Numbered from the stretch's first letter, positions 1 to 7,464 are shown. The stretch: DNA of 12,392 bases from Promethearchaeota archaeon (GCA_048939465.1 JBHLPL010000057.1:1-12392); one strand, 5' to 3'. Made by a program: numbers and translations. The notes: generated by a model not told the origin, from the sequence alone.

Positions 1-447
1 ACAGGTTGCCTTTACTGTTATCTGGCATGTTCCTATGAGCATTTTGGCGTGTTAAGCCTGTCACTGTCTCATATCAAAATAGTACCTGATGAATCAAAGC
101 CAGGCTATTTCATAGGAATACATTGTGCACATTGTGATGATCCCATATGTGAGGCCTCCTGCCCTGAAGATGCCATTACAAAGGACGAAGAGACCGGGTG
201 GGTTAACATTAACAGAATGAAATGCATCGGATGCAAGACGTGCAACATAATGTGTCCTATTTCCATACCTTGGCGTCACCCTATACAAAAACTCTCCCAT
301 AAATGTGATTTTTGTGAAGGAGATCCCAAATGTGCCAAATTCTGTCCGACTTCAGCCATTATTGTGACAACTAGGCGTGAGGCCGAAGAATACGTAGAAA
401 AGAAACTGGGAATCACGGTGTATGATTCTTACAAAAGCAAGAAATAA
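1..447 (+). CDS. 4x[4Fe-4S] electron-transfer protein, HycB/HydN/CooF/DmsB family (5'-partial)
   Basis: Frame is open from base 1 (ACA GGT TGC CTT TAC TGT TAT CTG GCA TGT = TGCLYCYLAC), so the track start at 49 is internal. Motifs CAHCDDPICEASCP, CIGCKTCNIMCP and KCDFCEGDPKCAKFCP give 15 of the 16 cluster cysteines in the window. Confidence 0.9.
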   Translation, partial: TGCLYCYLACSYEHFGVLSLSLSHIKIVPDESKPGYFIGIHCAHCDDPICEASCPEDAITKDEETGWVNINRMKCIGCKTCNIMCPISIPWRHPIQKLSHKCDFCEGDPKCAKFCPTSAIIVTTRREAEEYVEKKLGITVYDSYKSKK

Positions 448-464
448 GGTGGAAAAGATCCAAA

Positions 465-755
465 ATGAGTAAGGAAACAGAGGAAAAAAAGAGCGTTCCC
501 CTTTACCCTCTGAGAAAAGACAAGGAGTTTATACCAAGTCCTTATCGAGCTGGATTTGAAAGCATACTGGCAATGGCAATGAATAGGGAACTTCCTGATT
601 ACTTCTTAGACGAACGTGATATGCTGGGTCTTGAGGAGATCATCGCAGCCTGGAAAAATGAAAAGGCCCAAAAAGAAATTCAAGAACTGGCAAAAAAACT
701 TGGTCTAGATAAGAAGGTGGCGTTTGACTGGAAAAAGAAGAAGATCAAGTATTAA
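465..755 (+). CDS. Cys-free protein resembling the C-terminal helical region of heterodisulfide reductase subunit C (HdrC-like, no Fe-S domain)
   Basis: 96 aa immediately upstream of hdrB. ERDMLGLEEI...KAQKEIQELAKKLGLDKKVAFDW matches by eye the HdrC tail pattern (R-x-x-LGL-x-E...EV-x-x-I-x-x-x-x-GFD-x-x-V-x-FDW). No cysteines. The ORF is well supported; the family call is tentative. Confidence 0.55.
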   Translation: MSKETEEKKSVPLYPLRKDKEFIPSPYRAGFESILAMAMNRELPDYFLDERDMLGLEEIIAAWKNEKAQKEIQELAKKLGLDKKVAFDWKKKKIKY

Positions 756-768
756 GAGGGTTAAAGCC

Positions 769-1626
769 ATGGCAAAACGACTTGCGTTCTTCTTGGGTTG
801 TGCTCTGCCCTCAGCGCAGCTGTTTGCTGAAGCATCAACCAGATTGAGCTTGCAGGACTTGGGTGTAGAAATTGTTGATCTGGAAGGTGCTACCTGTTGC
901 CCAGACCCTGAAATCTCAAGAACTCTGGGTCCTGACCTATGGATTCGAATGGCTGCCAGAAATCTAGCGCTGGCTGAAGCTGCTAAAGCGGATACTTTTA
1001 CGGTGTGCAATGGGTGTTGGGAAACACTGAGTGAAGCTCAGGAAATGCTCACTAAAGACTCAAAATTACGAGAGGAAGTCAATCGAGATCTAGAGAAGCT
1101 TGGTCTGCGCTATACTGCGAAATTTAAGATATATCACGCAATAGAGGTCTTCCATGATGTTGTCGGTATTGGTGCAGTAGAAAGCATGATTAAGCGCAAG
1201 TTCAAAGGCATAAAACTAGCAATTCAGCCGGGCTGCCGCATCTACAAAAGACCAGAGAAGAATCTTGTAGAGAAAATGCGGAAGTTGGTTCAGGTTTTGG
1301 GTTGCGAAGTAGTCGATCTCCAGCTTGAAAGGCTTTGCTGTGGCGTTCCTTTAATGTATACCGATACTGATTACTCCTTAATGGAGCGAACTAAAGCTAA
1401 GCTTGATGAAATTAGAACCAAATCTGCGCAAGGTATTGTTACTTTTTGTCCTGCTTGTTATGACCGAATGGAAAAAGGTCAGCTAGAGTTAAACACTAGG
1501 GGGGAAAACTACAATATCCCCGTGTTAAGCTATTCTGAGCTTTTGGCGTTCGCATTAGGTCATGAGCCGGACGATTATGGATCATATTTACATAAATTAG
1601 ACTATGCCAAGGTCTTTATGGGGTGA
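769..1626 (+). CDS. hdrB: Heterodisulfide reductase subunit B-like protein (two CCG domains), divergent
   Basis: AFFLGC, ATCCP, TVCNGC, PGC, LCCG and FCPAC supply all ten non-cubane cluster cysteines; also AARNL and NIPVLSYSELLAFALG. ATG 769 after AGAGGG is preferred over TTG 724, which overlaps the previous gene. Confidence 0.9.
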   Translation: MAKRLAFFLGCALPSAQLFAEASTRLSLQDLGVEIVDLEGATCCPDPEISRTLGPDLWIRMAARNLALAEAAKADTFTVCNGCWETLSEAQEMLTKDSKLREEVNRDLEKLGLRYTAKFKIYHAIEVFHDVVGIGAVESMIKRKFKGIKLAIQPGCRIYKRPEKNLVEKMRKLVQVLGCEVVDLQLERLCCGVPLMYTDTDYSLMERTKAKLDEIRTKSAQGIVTFCPACYDRMEKGQLELNTRGENYNIPVLSYSELLAFALGHEPDDYGSYLHKLDYAKVFMG

Positions 1627-3116
1627 AGTATTTGGCCATAGAAGGACTAATACCGTTGATACTTCTGTTGGTGGGTGCGGCTTTAGCCATACCTGTGAAA
1701 ACTGTTTCTGACAAGGCAATGAAAGGTATGCTCGTTACATTGTTTGCAGCAGCATTAGCCTTCAACTCATGGCTAATTTGGAATGTACTGAGTGGAGTCG
1801 CTGAGAGTTATGTAGTGAATGTGTTTGTGGCAAATGGGGCTTCGCTCTTTATTAGCGAAATAATCTTGCTCATTGGTCTCATGTCTCTTTTATATTCTAT
1901 CAAGTTTATGACCGAGGCTCCCCTGAAAACCGGCCTATTCTATGGCGCATTTTCGCTTCTAATGGCAGCGCTGATAGGCACGACACTCGCTGTTGAAGTG
2001 ATTGCACTATACGCGTTCCTAGAAACAATGACCGTGACTTCGGCTGTTCTAGTTTTATATGGGCGGGGAGCATTGCGAGCCACAATGATTTACCTCGTGG
2101 CTGCCATCCTGGGTGCCATACTCGTTCTAGTAGGCGTTTTCTTCATGTACAGTTTTGCCGGTACCACACTCATTACACGTGCGCTCGATTTCCAATTTCT
2201 TACTGATTTTCAAAGACTCCTGATATCGTCCCTTTTCTTTGTAGGCTTCGGGATAAAGGCTGGGATCATACCCTTTGGTTTGCTCTGGGTTCCACCATCG
2301 TATAGTGCTGCCCCGACTCCTATCACCGTGGTTTTAACGGGCATGATAGCAAATGTGGCCATATTCACAATGGCAAAAACGATCTATATCTTTTATCCCC
2401 TTCTAGGCCAGGACGTTTTTACCCTCACAGTATCTAGCATTGGCATCGCAAGCATTCTGGTGGGCGGAATTCTGGCATTCCTCCAAAGCGACATAAAGAA
2501 GTTGCTGGCATATAGTAGTATTTCCCATTATGGATATATCGTTCTCAGTTTGGGTTTGGGAATTGTAAGCTCAGATGCAGGTCTTGCCTTTCTAGGCGTA
2601 GAAGGGGGTTTATTTCATATCCTCAATCATGCTATCTTCAAGAGCCTTCTCTTTCTTGCCATAGGAAACATCATCTTACGTGTAAACACCAAAAACATGC
2701 GAGAAATGGGCGGCCTGTGGAAAAAAATGCCTGTAACACTAATACTATTCCTAATAGGCGTGTTCTCGACGATCGGCCTTATTCCAGGGTTCAATGGCTT
2801 CCAGAGCAAGGAGATAATTCATGAGGCAATTGTGGTATCCGGTATTTCAGTTGTGGAGGGTTTTTCCATATTTGGAATACTTGCATATATTGGAAGTGGA
2901 ATCACAGTCTTATATCTCGCAAGGGCTGTCTGGGAAATATTCTTGAAGAAACCCAAAAACCCGTCTCGCAATAATAAGGTGAAAGAAGCTCCTATAGCCA
3001 TGTTGGTTCCCATAGCGATTTTGGCCGTACTTTGCATTGCAATTGGTGTTTTTCCTGAAATTATCGCAGGTTTCCTGGATCGTGCTTCCGAAGTTTTAGG
3101 AGGATTGATTAGCTAA
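1623..3116 (+). CDS. Antiporter-like proton-translocating membrane subunit (MrpD/MbhH/NuoM-N/HycC family)
   Basis: 497 aa, strongly hydrophobic. Motifs FLE (TM5 Glu), GIKAG...W (TM7 Lys), KKLLAYSSISHYG, FHILNHAIFKSLLFL, GFNGFQSKE and KEAPIAMLVP. GTGA overlap with the hdrB stop. Confidence 0.92.
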   Translation: MKYLAIEGLIPLILLLVGAALAIPVKTVSDKAMKGMLVTLFAAALAFNSWLIWNVLSGVAESYVVNVFVANGASLFISEIILLIGLMSLLYSIKFMTEAPLKTGLFYGAFSLLMAALIGTTLAVEVIALYAFLETMTVTSAVLVLYGRGALRATMIYLVAAILGAILVLVGVFFMYSFAGTTLITRALDFQFLTDFQRLLISSLFFVGFGIKAGIIPFGLLWVPPSYSAAPTPITVVLTGMIANVAIFTMAKTIYIFYPLLGQDVFTLTVSSIGIASILVGGILAFLQSDIKKLLAYSSISHYGYIVLSLGLGIVSSDAGLAFLGVEGGLFHILNHAIFKSLLFLAIGNIILRVNTKNMREMGGLWKKMPVTLILFLIGVFSTIGLIPGFNGFQSKEIIHEAIVVSGISVVEGFSIFGILAYIGSGITVLYLARAVWEIFLKKPKNPSRNNKVKEAPIAMLVPIAILAVLCIAIGVFPEIIAGFLDRASEVLGGLIS

Positions 3117-3457
3117 TGAATGAGGAAGAGAAAGAATCGAAGTTCGAGGGTAAACGGCCAGGCAAGGTGTGGCGAAAGGATGTGCTACCGTTGACTGTGG
3201 CTATGGTAATCCTGACATTGGGAAGTTTAGGATTCATATTTGCCCGAAATTTGCTGGAGTTTTTCCTGCTTGCTGAACTCGTTGCAGTGGCCACTTTCTT
3301 CATATTGTTTAGCGTACTGATACCATCACTGTTTCCAGAAGAGGTGAAGACTGAAGAGATTTTTACTGGCGGTGCTGCTAAGGCTCCATACATAAGTGAC
3401 GATGAGGTCCTCAGACCTGTCATTCCCTTTTTGGAAGAGGAGGAAGATAAAAGCTAG
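3116..3457 (+). CDS. Small membrane protein (2 predicted TM helices), possibly NuoA/MbhI-related accessory subunit
   Basis: 113 aa, TAATG overlap with the previous gene. Two hydrophobic segments followed by KTEEIFTGG, reminiscent of the NuoA TM1-2 loop/MbhI loop, and an acidic C-terminus. Confidence 0.6.
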   Translation: MNEEEKESKFEGKRPGKVWRKDVLPLTVAMVILTLGSLGFIFARNLLEFFLLAELVAVATFFILFSVLIPSLFPEEVKTEEIFTGGAAKAPYISDDEVLRPVIPFLEEEEDKS

Positions 3458-3469
3458 GATGAATAGAAG

Positions 3470-5209
3470 ATGTCCAAAAGGAAAAGAAAGACTAGAAGAC
3501 GCGGTATAGCAGTCGGTATCTTGAATGAATTGAAAAAAATCCTCGGCAAGGATTATTTGGAAGAGTATTCAAGAGGTCAAAATAGAATATATGTGCGAAC
3601 CACATCTGATCATATTGCCGGTATTGTTGAATTCATGTTAAAGAAGGATGCTAGGCTTGCTCACATCACCACGTCTGACTTAGGTCTCCGCGGATTTGAC
3701 GTCCTATATCATTATGCACTAGATCATATTGAGCAAAACCTGCACATAGTCATAAAAGTGGGGGTGGAGAGAGACAAGCCTGAATTACCATCAGTGACTC
3801 CAATAACTTGGCAGGCATCCTATGCAGAGAGAGAGAACATGGATCTAATGGGGGTGAAATTCCTAAATCACCCTGATCCGCGACATTTATTCCTGCCCTA
3901 TGAATGGCCAGAGAAAGTAGAAGGCGGAAAGTTTGATGAGAATCAAGCAGTTGGAAGAACCGATGTTTCAAAAGAAGAAATTCGTGAAAGTGCCGGCAAA
4001 TGGGTCCCGCTCTCTATTACTCCGAAGGATGCCAAGCTCACGTTAATACCAATCGGCCCCTATCATCCAATGCTCATTGAAAGCGAGTATTTCAGGTTAA
4101 AAGTGAATGGGGAAGAGGTGGTTGATGCTGATCTGAAGCTGGGCTTTAACCACAGAGGCATAATGAAATTGGCTGAAGAAAGAACATTCTGGAGAGATAT
4201 ATACCTAGTTGAGAGAACCTGTGGAATCTGCAATGCAACACACTCAACAGCGTACTGTACTGCTGTAGAAGAAATAATGGGGGCAGACCTCCCCGATAGG
4301 GCTAGGTACATCCGAACCCTGATACTGGAGCTTGAACGTCTTCATAGCCATCTCTTGTGGTTCGGGGTTGCTGGAGACCTGATAGGCTTCAAAACACTAT
4401 TCATGTGGGCCTGGCGAGATCGTGAACATGTCTTAGATATTTTTGAAACCATTACAGGCGGTCGTGTCTATCACTGTATGAATGTGATTGGCGGTGTTAA
4501 GCACGATATGAAAGAATCTTGGTATCCGAAAATCGAAAAGGGTGTAAGAATAGCCAAAGATGCTGTCTTGAAGTATATCGAAATGGCTTATGACCATCCA
4601 ATTCTGAAGGCTAGAACTGAAGATATTGGAGTCATGTCAACCGCTGCTGCCAGAGACATGGGAGCGGTTGGCCCGACTGCAAGAGGCAGCGATTGGAAGA
4701 TTGACGCACGATGGTCAGATCATCATGCAGCTTACGCTCCGGAATATACCTCATGGGACCCAGTCGTTGAGTCTGGAGGTGACGTGTGGGCAAGGGTTGT
4801 TGTAAGGCTGAAAGAAATGCTTGTTTCTGCGGAGCTTTGTGATCAGTGTCTGGATGCATTGAAACGTACTGGGGGACCGATCACATCGGAATTGGATTAC
4901 ATTCCTGAGGGTGAAGGAATAGCCAAAACAGAGGCACCTCGGGGGGAATTGTACTATTATGTGGTTTCGGATGGAACTGCAGTGCCTCAAACAGTAAGAA
5001 TCAGAACTCCCAGCTATCGAAATGACGCCTGTCTTCCTTTAATGGTCAAAGGCTATACGCTGGCGGATGCTCCAATCATCATTGGAAGCATAGACCCTTG
5101 CTTCTCTTGCTCAGACAGAATGGTAGTTATAGAAGATGAGAAGACAGGGAACATCAAAAGAGACTTACTGGGAAATCTCGTCAAGAGGTTCAATGAGAGA
5201 AGGATGTGA
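3470..5209 (+). CDS. Group 4 [NiFe]-hydrogenase large subunit 1, fused NuoC+NuoD (HycE-type architecture)
   Basis: NuoC-like N-terminus (ERENMDLMGVKFLNHP), GPYHP, HRG, L1 ERTCGICNATH (4211-4243), EAPRGE, RTPS, L2 DPCFSCSDR (5093-5119) followed by a 29-aa C-terminal extension. Confidence 0.95.
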   Translation: MSKRKRKTRRRGIAVGILNELKKILGKDYLEEYSRGQNRIYVRTTSDHIAGIVEFMLKKDARLAHITTSDLGLRGFDVLYHYALDHIEQNLHIVIKVGVERDKPELPSVTPITWQASYAERENMDLMGVKFLNHPDPRHLFLPYEWPEKVEGGKFDENQAVGRTDVSKEEIRESAGKWVPLSITPKDAKLTLIPIGPYHPMLIESEYFRLKVNGEEVVDADLKLGFNHRGIMKLAEERTFWRDIYLVERTCGICNATHSTAYCTAVEEIMGADLPDRARYIRTLILELERLHSHLLWFGVAGDLIGFKTLFMWAWRDREHVLDIFETITGGRVYHCMNVIGGVKHDMKESWYPKIEKGVRIAKDAVLKYIEMAYDHPILKARTEDIGVMSTAAARDMGAVGPTARGSDWKIDARWSDHHAAYAPEYTSWDPVVESGGDVWARVVVRLKEMLVSAELCDQCLDALKRTGGPITSELDYIPEGEGIAKTEAPRGELYYYVVSDGTAVPQTVRIRTPSYRNDACLPLMVKGYTLADAPIIIGSIDPCFSCSDRMVVIEDEKTGNIKRDLLGNLVKRFNERRM

Positions 5210-6321
5210 GAAAAATGCCTGTGATGATCTTATTAACGATAGCTGCTTGCATAGTTATACCTATTGTTGCATTCTTTGGCGGAGTTCTATGCTGGTTTGC
5301 CATTAGAAAGTTTACTGCTAGGATGCAGGCCAGATTAGGACCTTTGTTGTCTGTCCCGAAACCACTAAGACCTGTAGTCGGTTCCACACGTATACTTCAG
5401 CCTTTCTGGGATATCTTGAAGCTTTTTTATAAAGAAAGCGTAATACCTGCAACTGCCAGAAAGAGACTGTTTGTCACAATGCCCTACGTCGCTTTGATCT
5501 GCACTATTTTGGTCACGTGGTTTATTCCGATAGCTGGGGTATCTCCCTTTGATCAGTTCTCGTTCAGTTTGCTGGTTGTTATGTACCTAATGGTTGTGGT
5601 TCCTCTGGCGTTTGTGGTCGGTGGTGTTGCTAGTTCTTCTCCGTGGGGTGTGCTAGGGAGTTCGAGGGAGGTCAAACTGGTTTTGGCCTATGAAATTCCC
5701 TTTGTGCTAGGTGTGTTTTCAGTTGCGCTGATGGCAGGCTTTCCTGCCGCCAGTGGCGATCTTTTGCCTAGTCTTCCCGGAACACTCTCTCTGGCTGAGT
5801 TGGTAGTCTTTCAGACCGCGCATCAGCTGAACTTTTTTGGAGTTCTGCTGCCAGCATGGTTCATCATCCTCAATCCGTTCTCTGCAGCTGCGGTCTTCCT
5901 TAGCTTAATTGGGAAAATTGGACTGAAACCTATGGATATTTCAGACGCAGAAGTTGAAATAGTGGCTGGAGCTTACACTGAATATAGCGGGAAGCTACTA
6001 GGAATCCACGAAATGGTGCACACATTCCTACTGTTCATAACAACGACACTGTTCGTGGATCTCTTTCTCGGGGGAGGTGCAGTTCGCGTACCATTCTTTG
6101 GAATACCCTCATTAGTGTGGTCCATAATCGTTTACGCAATAATGATGGTGATAACTCTTCTTGTCCTGTCAATTGTAAATACGGCAAATCCTAGGTTTAG
6201 AATCGACCAAGCCTTCAAATGGTATCTGAAGCTTCCTCTGGCATTGGCAATAATTGGGCTGGCTTGGACCTACATTTTTGCCAGCTCTATGATTAACGTT
6301 CCTGGTATAGGTATAACATAG
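5206..6321 (+). CDS. NuoH/HycD/MbhM-like membrane anchor subunit 1
   Basis: ARMQARLGP, LQPFWDILKLFYKE, SREVKLVLAYE, DISDAEVEIVAGAYTEYSG, PRFRIDQ. GTG 5206 overlaps the upstream stop; ATG 5215 is an alternative start. Confidence 0.93.
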   Translation: MRKMPVMILLTIAACIVIPIVAFFGGVLCWFAIRKFTARMQARLGPLLSVPKPLRPVVGSTRILQPFWDILKLFYKESVIPATARKRLFVTMPYVALICTILVTWFIPIAGVSPFDQFSFSLLVVMYLMVVVPLAFVVGGVASSSPWGVLGSSREVKLVLAYEIPFVLGVFSVALMAGFPAASGDLLPSLPGTLSLAELVVFQTAHQLNFFGVLLPAWFIILNPFSAAAVFLSLIGKIGLKPMDISDAEVEIVAGAYTEYSGKLLGIHEMVHTFLLFITTTLFVDLFLGGGAVRVPFFGIPSLVWSIIVYAIMMVITLLVLSIVNTANPRFRIDQAFKWYLKLPLALAIIGLAWTYIFASSMINVPGIGIT

Positions 6322-6333
6322 GAGAAATGAATA

Positions 6334-6945
6334 ATGGTTAAAGGAAAACTCAAGCTTCTGAAGGAGGCAATCAAGAGCCTGTTTAATCCGGTCACCATAG
6401 GCTATCCTGCCGGAGACCCCGACCTGGATTATGCAGAACCACACTTTGGGACAGAATCCAAATACAGCACCGTAGCTGAAGAACTCCGTGGCAAACATAA
6501 ATGGGATCCTGAGAAGTGCACTGGCTGCGGAGCTTGCAGTTCCTGTTGTAGTAGTCTCTGCCTTCTTTACGAAGACAGGGATGATGGAAAACGTCATCTC
6601 TGGGTCCATCTAGGTAGATGTATTTTCTGTGGTCGATGTGAGTACGTATGTCCTGATGATGCCCTTGACTTGACACCCGAATTTGAACTAAACTATGAAG
6701 GAGACAAAGAGAGCGAAGAATCATTTGTTAGGCATGAGGTAGAACTCGAGGTATGCAGCAATTGTGGACACTATGTTGCTCCAAAGCTGCAAATTGAGAG
6801 ATACTCGCAAAAAGTTCTGGATGATATTCATCCTGCTGTCAAGGATGCAGTCAAAGAGGACTTGGAGAAGATTTCTAAGCTCTGTGTGGACTGCAGAAGA
6901 AAGCTTGCTTATGAGCAAAATCTTCACACTCGGAAATACTACTGA
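6334..6945 (+). CDS. NuoI/HycF-like 2x[4Fe-4S] subunit with extra C-terminal four-Cys site
   Basis: TIGYP...LRG, CTGCGACSSCC, CIFCGRCEYVCP, plus CSNC and CVDCRR. GGAG upstream. Confidence 0.92.
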   Translation: MVKGKLKLLKEAIKSLFNPVTIGYPAGDPDLDYAEPHFGTESKYSTVAEELRGKHKWDPEKCTGCGACSSCCSSLCLLYEDRDDGKRHLWVHLGRCIFCGRCEYVCPDDALDLTPEFELNYEGDKESEESFVRHEVELEVCSNCGHYVAPKLQIERYSQKVLDDIHPAVKDAVKEDLEKISKLCVDCRRKLAYEQNLHTRKYY

Positions 6946-6956
6946 AGGAGGATGGA

Positions 6957-7403
6957 ATGATGGGTCTAAAACAGAAAGCAAGAGCTTACTCACCATGGGT
7001 ATTCCACGCACACTGCGGTGGATGCAACGGCTGTGATATAGAAATAGCTGCGCTTTTTAACCCGAGATTTGATGTAGAGAGGTTTGGTATTCAACTCAAA
7101 AATAATCCCCGGCATGCAGACATACTAGTTGTAGATGGTATACTTCCAAAACAAACAGCCTACTTCCTAAAACGTGTGTATAATCAGACTCCTGACCCCA
7201 AAGCTGTAGTTGCAGTAGGTGCTTGTGCAATTACCGGTGGGGTATTTGCTAGTGATGATGAAACTAGGCCTAATTACTCCCAAGCAGGACCTACTGACAG
7301 GGTACTTCCAGTTGATGTTTATGTTCCGGGTTGTCCGCCGAAGCCCGAAGCAATAATAGAAGGCATAGTACGAGCGATAATAGCATTGAGTAAGAAAAAA
7401 TGA
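6957..7403 (+). CDS. Group 4 [NiFe]-hydrogenase small subunit 1 (NuoB/HycG-like)
   Basis: HycG-type CGGCNGCDIE, ERFG, PRHAD, GAC, VPGCPP. GGAGG at 6947-6951. Confidence 0.95.
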   Translation: MMGLKQKARAYSPWVFHAHCGGCNGCDIEIAALFNPRFDVERFGIQLKNNPRHADILVVDGILPKQTAYFLKRVYNQTPDPKAVVAVGACAITGGVFASDDETRPNYSQAGPTDRVLPVDVYVPGCPPKPEAIIEGIVRAIIALSKKK

Positions 7404-7458
7404 TTTCTCCCGTAGGTATTAATATGTCCTCAACGCCTTTCCAGTAGACTATCGTTAG

Positions 7459-7464
7459 TTTTTT
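7459..7464 (+). terminator. Possible oligo-T terminator of module 1
   Basis: T6 run about 55 nt after the last stop codon of the module. Archaeal termination at oligo-T tracts is established, but the signal is weak. Confidence 0.3.

Noticed and set aside
448-755. Frameshifted or pseudogenised full-length hdrC spanning the first two ORFs
   Set aside because: The upstream protein is a complete DmsB/HycB-type four-cluster protein rather than an HdrC ferredoxin domain, and both ORFs have clean boundaries.
724-768. Longer ORF-track starts (TTG 724, GTG 7514, ATG 10737) and internal start GTG 49
   Set aside because: Family homology and Shine-Dalgarno placement favour 769, 7526 and 10764; the first gene is open to base 1.
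3470-3530. Basic N-terminus MSKRKRKTRRRGIAVGIL of large subunit 1 as a Tat signal
   Set aside because: No F-L-K after the arginines, the hydrophobic stretch is too short, and group 4 large subunits are cytoplasmic; may also reflect start-codon uncertainty.
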